A stretch of 64,000 nt of DNA from Sporopachydermia quercuum (lineage: Eukaryota). Below, in pieces: positions 22,379 to 35,960 of the stretch. Made by a program: the position numbers and the translations under genes. The number at the start of each line of letters is the position of its first letter. The first letter of the stretch is position 1. The DNA lies in contig BCGN01000004.1 of the NCBI GenBank assembly GCA_001599295.1, positions 748,138 to 812,137 of the forward strand, given 5' to 3'. The notes beneath the pieces are model-generated. The model worked only from the letters and a program-made list of their open reading frames with translations. It was not told the DNA's origin and did no database searches.

Positions 22379-24030
22379 TCCAAACAAGAAATTTGATAGC
22401 TCAAAATGTGGCACCTGTAAGTATAAATATCATAATGCTATTTTCAAATCCTTGGATCAGCTGATATAGTTTCTATGCTTATGGATTTTGGGGGAATTTA
22501 TATATAACAGAGATGAGAGTAATGATCAGATACTTCCGTTGCCTGTGTTGAGCTTATCCTAGCCGGTCTTACTCTGAACACCAGGTAATGGTTTACAGTA
22601 TGCTGATTCAAAGGATAGTTAGTAATTTTGAGTCATGAATAGTAACAAAATCATTTTTGTTTCTCCTTTAGCAATTAGAATTGTTGATTTCTAGTAAAAC
22701 ACAGAGCTGTACAAGATGTACTAACTACTTGATAATCAGTAAGTTAGCAATGCTGGTTTTACTATTGCGATTTACTGTGGAAGGGAGCCAGTCAAAGATT
22801 TAAAGCTGAGAATATATGCACTAATACGCATGTCATGCAGAATTGGAGGTTTGCTGGATTCATGGCTTAACCTTAGTAGATAATTTATGTATTAACGATT
22901 TATGGCAATTCCTATAATTTATCTAACCAATAAACAAGGCAAAAGGAAAGTCAAATTAGAAATTCTCAGTCATTTATAAGAATTATGTTCGGAAGACTGA
23001 GAAATCTCCATTGTGAGTCTAGTATGACTCTGAGAATACAGTCGCTATTAAACTTATCTAAATCTATGCACAATTATGCAGTATTACATTTCCGCAAACC
23101 TTGATCAGAAGTCAGCTCTCATCCTTCATTCAATACTCGCCTAGTAGTAACATTACTGGAGCCGAACGTACTACAATTGAGCCTATATTGTCTCAGAAGA
23201 TATTACAAGACTTTAAGTTAAGAAGCTATTTGGCTTCGATTTAAACAACTCAGACCTTGACTCCTGGAGCATTAAACACTTATAAGCACTAGGCATGAAT
23301 AGCTGGATGAATACCATCAATTAAACTTTGAACAATCAGCCCAAATAATTGCCTATTCAGTATTTTGACTCAGTATCTCGTAAGGTTTAATTCTGCTATT
23401 AGAAACCGTTGATCTAAGCAAGTATAATCAATACTATTCAGCCAAGATTTGAACTTCTTCGGAAAAATCCTTTTAACTAGAAATATAATAATGATACCAG
23501 CCACTGCAGCCTATTNATACACTATTTAATCATACTGGTTATTCTTATTTCTCTCTTTACCCATACCAAGCTTTAAGCTCAGTCCACCTAAAGTCTATTT
23601 GAAACTCAAAAAAGGTTTATAACTTTATCTAAAACTATTTCTTTTTTTCTCTTTCTGTGCAAACCGTTCTATTTCTTCTTCAATATTTTTATGAACAGTT
23701 TAGTTTGTTGTATGTCAAAGAAGATAATAAGATAACCAAATCAGATAAACAAATATGATTCTTCTCTTCACGAGACTCATGGAATTCAGCGGGAAGGTTA
23801 CGGCTTATGAACAAAGTGAGCAAACTTCCGAAAGTATCATTCAATCAGGATTCAATCAGTCAGCTATCAGTTGGTCAGTTACTATCTCATAGTGCTGGTC
23901 AATTAGTTCGTTGATCGTACTAATTATAATGAGGAAATAATATTTGTTGGAAGTATATTTCTTAAGAAATTTCAAGTCTGATCTTCTTCCTTTGATGTTA
24001 ATTCATAAACCCAAATTATCAACTAACCAA

Positions 24031-27000
24031 ATGACTAATGAGATGGTAAGTTGGGACCTACTGACGTTTGCTTTGGAAAGGAGCAGATAGCTTGTTTGAC
24101 TTGACACTTCTTGAACTCAATCACCTATGCACTTACTAACAATAGCTCAATTACATAGAAAACTGACAAACCTGTCAATAAAAGGAGTAGAACTGGTTGT
24201 CATAACTGTAAAAGGCTGAAAATTAAATGCGATGAGAATAAACCTCAGTGCGGGAACTGTGAGAAATTCAATGTAGCTCACTGTGATTATTCCATAAAAC
24301 TTCAATGGGGTGGTAGACCATTGAAAAGACAGAAAACTGGCAGCACAGTATTGAATTTAGGCCCCAGTAATAGTGCAAGCAATGGGAATAAAACCATTGA
24401 GAATAATGATTCTAANATAAAAGCAGATTACAATGCTTTTGAGGCAAAGATCAATAGCAATCAAGTATCTTCAGAGAGTAGTGATAGAAGTAGTGATCAG
24501 TCGTTAGAGGATAAAAAAGAACAGCAAAAAGTAGGCTCACATACTAATGGGTCTAATACCAACAAAAACCTCAAGAATGCGAAAACGATATTTATAAACG
24601 AAGTCTTTGTTGAAGGTGATTCTTTCAAACACTCTGGTATAGAAAAACCAGGAACAGCCGTTACCATTGAAACAGGCTATGAAAGCACAGCTTCAGGCTC
24701 CAACTCAAAATCAAAGGAGCCAATACCCAATGCTCTAAAACCTGAAAATATACCTACCTCTATGCCAACCAGTTATCAAACTAGCCATCATCAGCCTAAT
24801 GCTTCATTAACAATGGATACTAGAAGTATATCTATCGATATACCTACAGCACATTCTATTTCTCAAGCTGTATTCAGCCCAGAATCAGCACCGGTTTTTT
24901 TTCAAAGGAGCTTATCGTTGTCGCCAACTTCGTTTTCTTTTAAGCAACCGTTTCCATCTTTTACCCCTTTTCTACATCTTCCAAGCGTCCCAAGTGCCCT
25001 ATCGTCAGCCCCTTTAATCAATAACCAAACACCACACATTCGTACGCATATACCTATAGAATCACCGAATACTCAGGTTGGAATTTCNNCATTGATAGCA
25101 TCACCAAATTTCCCATTGGATTCAACATATACATCTTCGACTCCTTCACCTTCGCTGAGAAATATTCTGAACGACCCGTTAGATGATATACAGGATCATG
25201 GTTTATCATTAGATAGTAAATCTCTCGATCTTCCATCGTTGCATAGAAATGAAACTACTAACTCGTTACTATTCCTTGGATCTCCGCTCAAAGATATAAA
25301 TCGTATGAACGATTTGAATGCATTGAATGTGAATGGATTGGATGAGTTTAATGAAGTTGATGAACTCGACGAACTTGATTATTCCAAGGACTTAGAACTA
25401 TTAGATTTAACCTTCTCATCCGGGCAACATTCCATCAAAGATAATCTTATTCAAACCCCTATAAGGAACATAGCTGACTTTATAGAAGATGTTGAACCTG
25501 AAGAAATAGAACCTGAAGCTGAGACTAATAAAACACTAATGATACCAGAATTCTCTACAAAGGACTCTGAGGATTATTCATCAATTGTCAGNGACTTTAC
25601 TCGCTTAGGAAATGTCCCAAGGTCATTATCTCAGTTACCTGATATACTTTTAGATGTTCCATTTTATGGAGAATTATTTCATTTCTTCATCCTCAGCACT
25701 GCAAATCTTCTTGTACCGGTTCCACAACTCTATCCGAACAATCCCTTCAAGATATTATTACCACGAATGGCAATTGCAACTAAACCCCTAATGTCCTTGC
25801 TTTTAGCATTCTCTGCTATTCATTTATCAAGAGTACAACATAGAGAAGATCCTAAAGAGCTTTTAAACTTATTACTTGGCAGGGCAATAAAAGGTTTGTT
25901 AGAATTATTAAATGATGAGAAAAACTCCGAAAGCGATTCAACATTAGCTACAATTATAATGTTAAGTTCATATGACATTTTCAGTGCATCTTCAAAGTTC
26001 TGGAAAACTCATTTGAAAGGTGCTCAGCAAATCATGGAGAGAAGAGGTTTTGCTAAGGATAATCTAATAAAATATTTTGAATCTCGTAATGCTGCAACAG
26101 AACGACATTCTGATAAATTGGCATTAACTAGGTTTGGGTCATCCAATGGATCGGTNCTCTCAACACCATCGACCTCAACTGGTGGTGAAGAGGAGTTTCT
26201 GGTATTGGATAATCTGGAAAGCTATGAGGACCTATTGGCACCTAATGCTCATCCTGATGAAAACGATGTGACATTCTTTTTATTAAGATGGTATACTTAT
26301 TTAGATGTAGTTGGATCATTTACTGCATTGAAACCTTTAGGCAGGAAGACGAATTCAAAAGAAAGCTTTATAGGCAGAGCAAGCAATGTCATAGAAGATC
26401 TTGAACGAACAGCACTTGCATCCCGTGAAGGTATCGATATGTTTCTTGGCTTCGATATTCATATGTTACCTATATTTTTTCAGATCAATGAAATTGTGAG
26501 AGAAAGAGAGAAAGAAATCGAATATGATAAGAACATCGAAGATATTTACAACTCACCTCATTTATTAACACCTATATCAGTAGAATTGGTTCAGAGAGCG
26601 TTGGAGCTGGAGAGAATTCTTATAGATTGTCAAGAAGCTGGTCAACATGATCTAAATAAGTATCACGATACTAATGTGTTCCCATATTCTTCCCAATCTT
26701 CTGAATCTGAAACAAATAAGAATATTGAGCTATACCATAATCTCAGTGCATCTAATAAATGTTTCTGCTGGGGAGGTTTGATTTTGATTTACAGAAGAGT
26801 ACTCTCGTTACCATCAGCGTCTAAAAAGGTGCAAAATGCTGTCTCAACAATTTNTCGGGCAATTCATGATCATATACCTGATGATGGCGCAACAGCACTA
26901 TGTATTCTGCCCCCTGTGTTTATAGCAGGTTGTGAATGCATTACTGACGAACATAGAAGATTTTTTGATGAGAGACTAAAGAAAATGGAAACTTATGGTA

Positions 27001-27107
27001 TTCTCAATGTTGATAAAGCTCGTAAGGTTATGTTAGAATGTTGGAGAACAGGATATTCATGGCAGACTGTAATGATGAAAAACAATTATGATTTCACGCT
27101 GGCTTAG
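24031..27107 (+). CDS. Zn(II)2Cys6 transcription factor with C-terminal fungal TF domain; exons 24031-24045, 24159-27107 (987 aa)
   Basis: MTNEM then GTAAGT, TACTAAC 24134-24140, TAG ending 24158. Exon 2 reads RSRTGCHNCKRLKIKCDENKPQCGNC..HCDYS in frame with the 928-aa ORF. Confidence 0.88.
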
Positions 27108-27402
27108 ACATGAGATCAATGCATGTTAGATATATCTGGTAGACATTTACAATATGTCTGTTAGTAATACATAGTAGATAGTAGACAGTACGATTAGTGG
27201 AGAAACATAGCGTATGATCCGGTACTTTCACTGTTGATAGGCTGAACAGGCAAAGGCAGGTATAAGGATTTCAATGGATTCAACTTTTGTACAATAATCC
27301 GGAATACAAAATGAAATACTGTAGAATAAAACGAAAGAAACAACGAAGAATATACTTNTATTNNNAATAAAAGTAGTAAAAAATAATAAAAAGTAAAAAA
27401 GA

Positions 27403-27476
27403 TGATTCGACCCAGGATCGAACTGGGGACGTTCTGCGTGTTAAGCAGATGCCATGACCAACTAGACCATCGAACC
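27403..27476 (-). tRNA. tRNA-Val (AAC)
   Basis: GGTTCGATGGTCTAGTTGGTCATGGCATCTGCTTAACACGCAGAACGTCCCCAGTTCGATCCTGGGTCGAATCA; cloverleaf, A/B boxes, T6 Pol III terminator at 27395-27400. Confidence 0.97.
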
Positions 27477-28226
27477 AACATGTGAAGTTAGAATGTAGCA
27501 ATAACTTATTATTAGCAATATCAACTTATGCGAGGCCAATAGCCATTTCTTTAAATTATTTTTATCATAATGGTACCTCATCATAATATCATGGTGGTTC
27601 TTACAATATACTCCATTAGTTGTAAATCTTGACAAAAACAGATAATTTTTCTTACAAGATGAATAGCATTTGGTTTGTTTAAAGTCCAGGCAATTTAAGC
27701 TGGTTGATACGATACATTCGGCACTTTTGAAACCTTGTAGATATTCCTTCAAATACATTCATATCTCATGTACCATCTGTCTTGTCTTTCGTAAATTTTA
27801 ATTAAACTTTCGCGTACTTGCTTCCCAACCGTTCAATAAAGCTTCTTTTCATATCTCACAAGCTTCGCTTGAAGAGGTTTATCCTTCTTCACCTGTCATT
27901 GCTTCGGTCATCACCGGCCTTGCAAGTATATATATGTATACATATGCTCAACCTTAACGAGCCTGTTCATCTGTCTAGTCAATTACTAGTCGTAATGCTT
28001 CTCATTTTGTTAATTAGAATTTATGAAATAAAGCAAAACACCAGTATTATAAGCAATTGCTCTTTGATACTATATATTTCAAAGCTTGAAAACCATAGCC
28101 AATACATTTTCTCATTATTATCCAAATGCTCTCAGTGATTCCCCCTTCGAATGCATTCTCATGCAATATTCATGCAATTAAGCCAAAACTGGCAGTTAAT
28201 TTCAAACTTTAACACACATACAAAGT

Positions 28227-28315
28227 AAAAAATTTTCTTTTGTATTGAGTGATAACGATGGATCTTTGCTGTGATCATTTAATCATTTTTCTCTTCAACT
28301 CTTAATGTTCTCATC
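28227..28315. promoter_or_regulatory. RRPE (AAAAATTTT) and PAC-like (CTCATC) motifs upstream of HPT1
   Basis: Motifs at 28227-28236 and 28310-28315. Confidence 0.35.
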
Positions 28316-28487
28316 TTTGAGTATATTTGTAGCTTCGATCATCAAATTGATCTTGGAGTTATCAAACTGCTCATTCTTGCAAACGCTGTTAACCGCAGGA
28401 TTATATCCAAAAGCATTCTAATCAAACACTCTGCATAATAAAATCCCTTTCAGATCATATCATCACAACCTAATTCAAATAGCAAAA

Positions 28488-29105
28488 ATGGCTGATAACA
28501 AATTATACATTTCTTACAATCATATTCACAAATTATGTCAAGAGTCAGCAGACAAGATCAAGGAATTCAAGCCTGATTTAATGATCGCCATTGGTGGTGG
28601 TGGTTTTATCCCTGCCAGAATTCTCAGATCTTTCATTAAAGAGCCAGGTGCCAAGAATATCTCTATTCAAGCAATCGGTTTATCATTATATGAAAACTTG
28701 GGTCAAGGAACCGTCGAGGAGGAAGCTGGTATGGAAGTTGTGAAAACTCAATGGTTAGATTTTGGTTCTCTTGAAAAGCATTCCGGTGATCTTATTGGTA
28801 AGAACATTCTTATTGTTGATGAAGTAGATGATACCAGAACTACTTTACATTATGCAGTTAATGAATTAATGAAAGATGTTCGGGAGCAGTCAATCAAGCT
28901 AGGTCGAAAGGAGGAAACTAAGTTCTTCATTTTTGTTCTTCATAATAAAGACAAACCTAAGAAAGCTGAATTACCTGAAGATATGATCAAAGAAGGAAGA
29001 TATCTTGCTGCTAGAACAGTTGAAGATCGATGGATTGCTTATCCCTGGGAAGCAAGGGATATTGAATTTCAAACTGAAAGGGCCATTGAACAAGGTAATA
29101 ATTAA
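28488..29105 (+). CDS. HPT1: Hypoxanthine/xanthine-guanine phosphoribosyltransferase
   Basis: YISYNHIHKLCQ, AIGGGGFIPARILR, PRPP loop LIVDEVDDTRTTL, WIAYPWE. HPT1/XPT1 family. Confidence 0.9.
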   Translation: MADNKLYISYNHIHKLCQESADKIKEFKPDLMIAIGGGGFIPARILRSFIKEPGAKNISIQAIGLSLYENLGQGTVEEEAGMEVVKTQWLDFGSLEKHSGDLIGKNILIVDEVDDTRTTLHYAVNELMKDVREQSIKLGRKEETKFFIFVLHNKDKPKKAELPEDMIKEGRYLAARTVEDRWIAYPWEARDIEFQTERAIEQGNN

Positions 29106-29458
29106 TTCAATTATGTTACTTAATGCTTTTATTTATATTCTATTAGTTTCTTTATTTCATGAATATTGAACGAGTGAACTGTGTACTATCTTTCTCGTTG
29201 ACTATTTCCCTTTCATATCTCAAGCACTTGTTCAACGCTTCTCCCCTCAATCTGCATACATTCTCTCTTTTTCACTCAGTTCTTTTGAGTAAAGCGTCAA
29301 ATTTGGGTCATTCAATTAGTTCATCCATTTAATGCATTTCAAACTAAATTTATAAGAAAGCTTAAGAAAATATGTCTTATTTGATTAATAACATTTCGTT
29401 ACTCTCAATTAACTCACTACACTATATCCATATTATATTATGCATTATGTTATGTCAT

Positions 29459-32400
29459 CTACTTGGACTGTAAATGATTCAATTGATCTACCAACTCCTC
29501 TATCTGCTGCTTATACAAATCCTTCAAATCGTTAACATCTGCCTTCAACTCTTCTACTTGTTCAGACTTTTCACCAAGCATTTCAAGAGTTTTGTCCTCC
29601 CTGAGGACCATTTGATCTATCTTTCTTTCTAATTCTTCATTCTGCTTCTTCAAATCATCAACTTTTGAATTCTCCTCCATTAACCTTATAAGTTCTTTTC
29701 CTGCTTCTTCCTTCTCTGTTGTTAACACCTTTATTTCTTCTTTTGTTGTTAATAGCTGCGTTTCTAACCTTCGAATTTCACTTGTCATTTTACTAAGCAG
29801 TTTAATTGACGATCCACCAACTGTCATTACAGATGAATTGTTGTTCTCCAATTTACTCATACTTCCACTAAAATCTACTCCTGTTAACGAACCAGCTTCC
29901 AAACCAGAATAACTATCGGCGTCAGCAGTAGCATCAGAATTACTATCAGGGATTTGATCCAATGTAGGCAGGAGTCCACTATTGCCTCTGGAAATAGATT
30001 GGGTAAAAGATTTCCTCTTCCCATAGTCAGGATAGTTCCAATTGAGTGATTGTCCTCCGCTGCTGGTTTTACGCATTCCAAATCCTGTTGTTGGTGTAGG
30101 TGAATCAAGATATAAATATTGAGATGTCATACTAGATCCATGTCTTATTGACGATATATCCGAATCGGCCGGTGTGGAATTCCGTTTATAATTCTCAAGA
30201 CTTGCTTTTAATTCAATGTTCTCCGTTTCCAGTTTCTCGTTTCTCTCTTGGAAGAATGANTTCTCCTGTGAGAATACTTCGTTATTTTGGTTCAAAGTTT
30301 CTTCTAGTTGCGATTTCTCTTCAGTTAATTGAGTGATTTTTCTCTTCAATGTTTCGATTTCAATATTCAGCTGTTCAATTTGATCATGCAAAACAGAACT
30401 CTCTTGTCTAGATTGTCTCAATTCTGAGTATAATTTTTTCAGCTTCTTTGCATTTTCATGTTCTCTAGATTTCGTTTCTGCCAGTTCTTCCTCCAAATCT
30501 GATACTTTGCTTGATAAGTTTGCCTCTATCGATCGGAAATTATCTGTTGCAGTATTATATTGGGTCTGTAATACCTCAATTTGACGTAAGTATTTCCCAT
30601 GGTTTTCTGTTGCAGACACTGTTGACACTTCTTCTGATGTGATACGCATTTCTTCGATTTTGAATTCTAATCGTTTGATTTCATTGTTATTCTCTTGCTT
30701 CATTGCTTCAGCTGTTTCTATTTCTCTGGATAACTTGTATTCCAGTTCAGTGACATCTTTAGAATGAGCTGCTTTCTCATTAGCTAACTCNTCTTGTAGT
30801 TCAGCTACTTGAGAACGTAGTGAACCTATTTCTTGTTCGTTTTCATCCAATGTCTTCTTGAATGATTCTAATAATGCTTCTTTCTCATTAACACGGGAAT
30901 TTTTATACTGCACTTTCAAATCCTCGTAAGATACTTTCAAGTTTTCGTATTTCTGCTCGAAATAGCTCATTGTTTTCAGTTTCAAGGTTTGATCCTTATT
31001 AATTGCTTTCTGATTCTTCAATTTCTCTTGAATATCTTCGATTTCTTTCTCCAACTTATTGATTCTTCTTTCATTGATTGCAGAATCATCATCTCTAGTT
31101 CTATCACGAGCTTTGAGCTTTTTGATAGTTGTCATGAGCTTTAATTCATTTTCCGATAATCGTTGACCTTCCTCGATAAGCAATGCAATTTTCTCGTCTT
31201 TTTCAGCTAGTTTTCTATCAATACCTGTTGAAGTTCTCTTAGCACCTGATGCTCTATCTGCCTCTTGTTGAGCTAATATTTTTAGTTTCTTCTGCATGCT
31301 ATCAATTCTTTCTGTTAGATTCAACACTTCTTGTTTAGACTGATGAAGAATAGACGAAGCATTTAACTTATAAGTCTCATAATGCGATGTCAAAGCCTCT
31401 GGCGATAATTCTGATATATTTACGGTTTCCAAATCCTGGAGCTCTTCTTCTAATGATGCAGTTGTATTTATGGATGCAGATATCGGTGTGTACTTAGTCG
31501 TTGAGGTTACTTCTTTTTTTGGTTCAGGTGTAACAATAGGTTCTTGTTCTTTCGATATATGTTCCTTGGTTGGCGACTCTTTTGGGACAGCGCTGAGCGC
31601 AGGTTTAGCTGTTTGGTTTGAAGTCCGCTGAGAGTCTTCATTTGAGCTGTTAGACGTTATACTTGCTTCAGATGGTTTCCCTCCATCATTTGTTTGACTG
31701 TCACTATTGCTGTTTGTAATGGTGGTACTTGAGTCCTTGGGTGTCATAACACTTTTATTCTCAGGATTGATCTTGGGATTTACGTTCTTTGCGTCTCCAT
31801 CTTTGCTTGTTTCGTTGGTATTCACACTTTTCAATGATAGGTCTTCAGTTGAAAAAGAAACCGGTGATACAGTTCCGCTGCGACTTGAGCCATCGTTCCC
31901 AGTTTTAACGGCCATAGCTAGACGTTCTTGCATTGTAAGCCTTTTCGGTCTTGCAGCAATTGGTTTAGAAGGAGTACTTTTCGCGTATACCTCAGACGGA
32001 CTGGCAGAGCTACTATCAGTTTTACTGGATGTTTCCAATTCAGTTGACGCAACTGGTGAGCTTTCTCCACTTCCTCCAATTTGAGGAATTGAGATTTCCG
32101 TTGCTGAACTGTCAATTATCACTTTATCTAATTTCTGTTCAACGTTCGCTACAGCTTGTTTGAGGAATTGTCCCCATTTTGTTGATGTCAGACCAGTGAT
32201 TTTTGTTGTGCCAGTGGATGGTTTGGTTTCATTTGTCGCTGAGGTTGTTTCAGTATTTGAACTTGATAGTCCAACCGTGGTAGCCATAGGTGATAAATTA
32301 GTAGGTGAATCATTAGTGGGAGTCGAATTACTAGTCAGATCATTGTTCAAAGATTCGGATTTCTCAGTAACTCTCTTTGCTGATAGTTCTGGGTTATTCT

Positions 32401-32662
32401 CGTTGTTTGATATGGTTTCACTATTTACTTCCTCTCTCACTATCTCATCTTGTTGATTGTCCAAAGATTTGGCATTATTGTTTATAGTTGGTACTTCTTC
32501 TTTAATATTACTCTCTTCTTTTTCTAATATATTGTTTCCATTTTGTTCTGTATCATTCTGAGTTGGCTCTCCTTTACCCTCTCCTTCTCTCCTATTTCCC
32601 AGGGCACTCCCCATTGTGGATTTGTCCAAATCAGCATTTAAATCTTTTTCTTCTGTACTCAT
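29459..32662 (-). CDS. SGM1: Golgin Sgm1/TMF1
   Basis: First ATG at 32662. WGQFLKQAVANVEQKLD, EKDEKIALLIEEGQRLS, long coiled coil, C-terminal LEMLGEKSEQVEELKADVNDLKDLY. Confidence 0.88.
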   Translation of the reverse strand: MSTEEKDLNADLDKSTMGSALGNRREGEGKGEPTQNDTEQNGNNILEKEESNIKEEVPTINNNAKSLDNQQDEIVREEVNSETISNNENNPELSAKRVTEKSESLNNDLTSNSTPTNDSPTNLSPMATTVGLSSSNTETTSATNETKPSTGTTKITGLTSTKWGQFLKQAVANVEQKLDKVIIDSSATEISIPQIGGSGESSPVASTELETSSKTDSSSASPSEVYAKSTPSKPIAARPKRLTMQERLAMAVKTGNDGSSRSGTVSPVSFSTEDLSLKSVNTNETSKDGDAKNVNPKINPENKSVMTPKDSSTTITNSNSDSQTNDGGKPSEASITSNSSNEDSQRTSNQTAKPALSAVPKESPTKEHISKEQEPIVTPEPKKEVTSTTKYTPISASINTTASLEEELQDLETVNISELSPEALTSHYETYKLNASSILHQSKQEVLNLTERIDSMQKKLKILAQQEADRASGAKRTSTGIDRKLAEKDEKIALLIEEGQRLSENELKLMTTIKKLKARDRTRDDDSAINERRINKLEKEIEDIQEKLKNQKAINKDQTLKLKTMSYFEQKYENLKVSYEDLKVQYKNSRVNEKEALLESFKKTLDENEQEIGSLRSQVAELQXELANEKAAHSKDVTELEYKLSREIETAEAMKQENNNEIKRLEFKIEEMRITSEEVSTVSATENHGKYLRQIEVLQTQYNTATDNFRSIEANLSSKVSDLEEELAETKSREHENAKKLKKLYSELRQSRQESSVLHDQIEQLNIEIETLKRKITQLTEEKSQLEETLNQNNEVFSQEXSFFQERNEKLETENIELKASLENYKRNSTPADSDISSIRHGSSMTSQYLYLDSPTPTTGFGMRKTSSGGQSLNWNYPDYGKRKSFTQSISRGNSGLLPTLDQIPDSNSDATADADSYSGLEAGSLTGVDFSGSMSKLENNNSSVMTVGGSSIKLLSKMTSEIRRLETQLLTTKEEIKVLTTEKEEAGKELIRLMEENSKVDDLKKQNEELERKIDQMVLREDKTLEMLGEKSEQVEELKADVNDLKDLYKQQIEELVDQLNHLQSK

Positions 32663-34223
32663 ATTCCAATCATCGAATCCTCGTTTCTCATAATAGAATT
32701 TCTCCTTGATTGTCCCAATTCTACTTTTCTCGTGTAGCAAATCATTGACTGCTATACAAACTAATCATTCGCTATGATAGCTCTACTAACAACAGAATTA
32801 TAAATGTGTCCGTATTGACATTAAGCGATGTCCAAGTACAACCAAACCAATCGACAAGACTCTCAATGACAGGACGACCTAGGCAAAAGTACTAGGTATT
32901 TATTAATGAATATGCTGATGTATAGAAATCAAATTTTCGTGCAAATGTTATATCCCGGATTATGGTGTGTTAGTTAATTCAAATAGCGCTGAGAAACAGG
33001 ATGTTGCTGATCAGTTGACGCTTTGCATTGCGCAGGGATTGAACCAGAAGAAAGGATGAGAGAGTTTGAGCGTTTGGGAAGTAAACAATTAAGTTGGGAA
33101 GGCTAGTGCTATTATGTGTAATTATGCATGTCATGTAATTAAATAAAGTGTGTACCATTTGAAAGGAGTCTGGCATTTGAATAATGAGGCCGAAGTTGAG
33201 GGGTAAGATATAGGAAGGAATGAGATTGATGATTGGGAAAATTGATGATAGATTTTGCATAAAATTTAAAGTATGATAAAATTTTGGATTCTGAAAGAAC
33301 CTGTTTGAAAGGAGAAAAAATGTATTGGATTAAAGGTTTGCTGGAGTTGGTGTAGCAGGTGAGAACTGTCTCATTTTCGAAGCCAGGACAAAAGAGACAA
33401 ACTCATATATAACCAAAAAACTATATTTTTAAGGTTTCCAGAGTCACAAAAGTTTTTTTGGTGCTGTTCTAAAGTACTGTATACGTTATTAGCAACTTCA
33501 AGGATAATATTTGATAAAAGAGCATTCAATTTGAAAAATTTGGATTGGCGGAAATTTTCCAAGTAATTTTCTGAGAGGTATATTAATCGAATGCTCTTTT
33601 AAATGACTCAGAGTTCATGTTTGTAAATTTTCACCAGGAATCTGATCTGAGATAATAAACTCTCAACTTTAAGCTAGATTAAGCAAAAGGTAAACTTTAA
33701 ATGATTGGATCAATATTACTGTTCCTGAAAGTCAAATCTCCAGTCCGCTTGTAAGGCTTTTCGATGATAGGCAAATCCCAATGACCAATGAAGCTAACAA
33801 GTAATGTCATTTGCTATTGAATTACATTTTTCATACTTGAATGTTTCTCTAGGATTAATGCTGACCCAATGCAAATTTTGTAAGCTTTGATATTCTTAAT
33901 GTATGTCATCAAACATTACCAAACTCTTGTCGTTGATGCTGCTGTAGTTAGTACGTTATGATTGATCAATTGAAAGGAAGAAGTATATAATGTATTCTTT
34001 CGAATCATCATTACAAAAGATCTATATATCTAACATATCTATTATTATTCTATACTCTAAAGGTATGTAAATGATTTCACGGACGGTAACGGTAGTAACT
34101 ATTGCCATACCACCGCTCACACATGTAGGACCCTCAGGCATGAAAACTGTGCAAAGCAACGACTGCTTTATAAACTAACTACATCTATACCACTAAAAAA
34201 GTAAATAATTTCTTACTCTTTGT

Positions 34224-35556
34224 CTAAGCTGAGTTTGAATACAATTCATCCAAGGTTTCCTTGATAATTTTTAGTAGAGTATCATTCTCCTCTTTCGTTC
34301 CAACAGTGATTCTTAACGCACCAAGACAACCCGGTTCCTTACCTCTAAATCGCACAACAACACCTTTAGTGCTAGCCATTTTAGAATAAAGAGCTTCGGC
34401 AATTTCATTACTAGGAGTTCCTTCAGGAGATGATAAGAACTGGTACAACAGAAAGTTGGCACTTGTACCTCCTATCATTTTTCCAACACCAGGAATCTTG
34501 GGCAAATCCTCTAGTAGTCTATCTCTTTGCTGTTTAATCTTTTCTAAGTTATCTCTCATGACTTTAAGTCCTTCGGGGCTCAATGCTCTAATGGCAACCT
34601 GGGCAGTAAGTGTGGAGATGTTGTAAGGAGCTTTCAAGTTATTAAGTAACCGAGCAACTTGAGGATTAGCATACGTGATACCCAGTCTAATAGCAGCTAG
34701 ACCAAAAGCTTTAGAAAGTGTCTGCATTACAACAAGTCTCGGGTATTTGTTCACTAAGGGAGCCATTGAGCTTCCTTTAGGAGCAAAATCAATATAAGCT
34801 TCATCAACAATAACTAAGCCATTGAATGTTTGGTTATCCAAAACTTGCTCCACCGATTTGAAATCAATTAGAGATGCAGTCGGGTTTCCAGGCGAGCAAA
34901 TATAGGCTAACTTGATATTTTTATCATTGGATAAAGCTTCATTGATTGCTGATGGTCGTATTGGAAAAGCTGGCTTCTCAAAATCCAGATTCACCTTGAC
35001 AACTTCAACATCATTAACAGTAGCTGACACACCATACATCCCATATGTAGGAGGGCATGTCAGCATTTTCTCCTTCCCTGGTGCGCAGAAACATCTAATC
35101 AAACTGTCAATGCATTCATCTGAGCCAACTCCAAGAAACAAATTAGCTGGTGTCAGCTCAGAGATCTCTTCTTGGGGAATTCCTGATGATACAGATAAGT
35201 CAGGAATATCAGAGTTTCTCAAGTTGCATATTGATTGTTTGAGTTCTCCTTGATGAGGGTCTGGGTATCTGTTCAATTCAGCATCATCTTCCGATTCGGT
35301 CAATTGTCCAAGGGAAGGTCCATGGGTGTTCTCATTGGCATCTAATAGAATACCTTCTTTGAAATCACTAGATATTGTTAGCATCAAATCACAAAACAGA
35401 GCAAACGAGTGAGTAGACAAACAAAACAAAATTTCTGCGTCAAACTTCATTTATTCTTTGAGCAGTTCCTTCTAATCTAACTTACTCTCTGGCACATCTA
35501 TATGGCAACAGTGACAATATATTTGGCCTAGCGATTTTTTCAAGATTAAGTGACAT
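34224..35556 (-). CDS. HIS5: Histidinol-phosphate aminotransferase; exons 35556-35486, 35367-34224 (404 aa)
   Basis: Exon 1 MSLNLEKIARPNILSLLPYRCARD; intron GTAAGT / TGCTAAC / TAG; then DFKEGILLDANEN, NRYPDP, DEAYIDF, TLSKAFGLA. Confidence 0.95.
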
Positions 35557-35960
35557 TGGTGAATAGTAGAATGAACTCACAGATATCTTGTCAAATTACG
35601 ACTTCTTTCTGCAAAAAAACATAAACAAAAAAATTCAAAAATTCAAAAAATTCAAAAAGTTAAGCACTATAAGCAACTTGAATGCTGTTTTACGTTCTAA
35701 CAAAGCGGATTTAAGTAATACATAGACATAAAGATTAATGTCATTCAAGATAATCAAATCAATCAGTCATAAGAAAAGTGATTTTTAGCGATTGAACTCA
35801 AAACCTGGCTCGTCTTTAACCCTATTTTGGGACAGAACATGTTTTGTGATTACGTAAAATTAATTCAAGACAATTCAGATCGCTTATTTAAGATTTATAA
35901 AGATTTATAAAGGTACGAGTTTGAATTATTATATATCCTTCAACAAGTTTATTAAATTAT

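Noticed and set aside
22379..22414. Near-cognate starts in the ORF track for VPS36 (also SGM1, GCD14, the ACAD, HIS5 and the Zn2Cys6 gene)
   Set aside because: Explained by nearby downstream ATGs or by upstream exons.
32784..32795. Isolated TACTAAC-AA-CAG (also TACTAAC near 22620 and 22720)
   Set aside because: No donor plus coding exon; this 7-mer is frequent by chance in AT-rich DNA.
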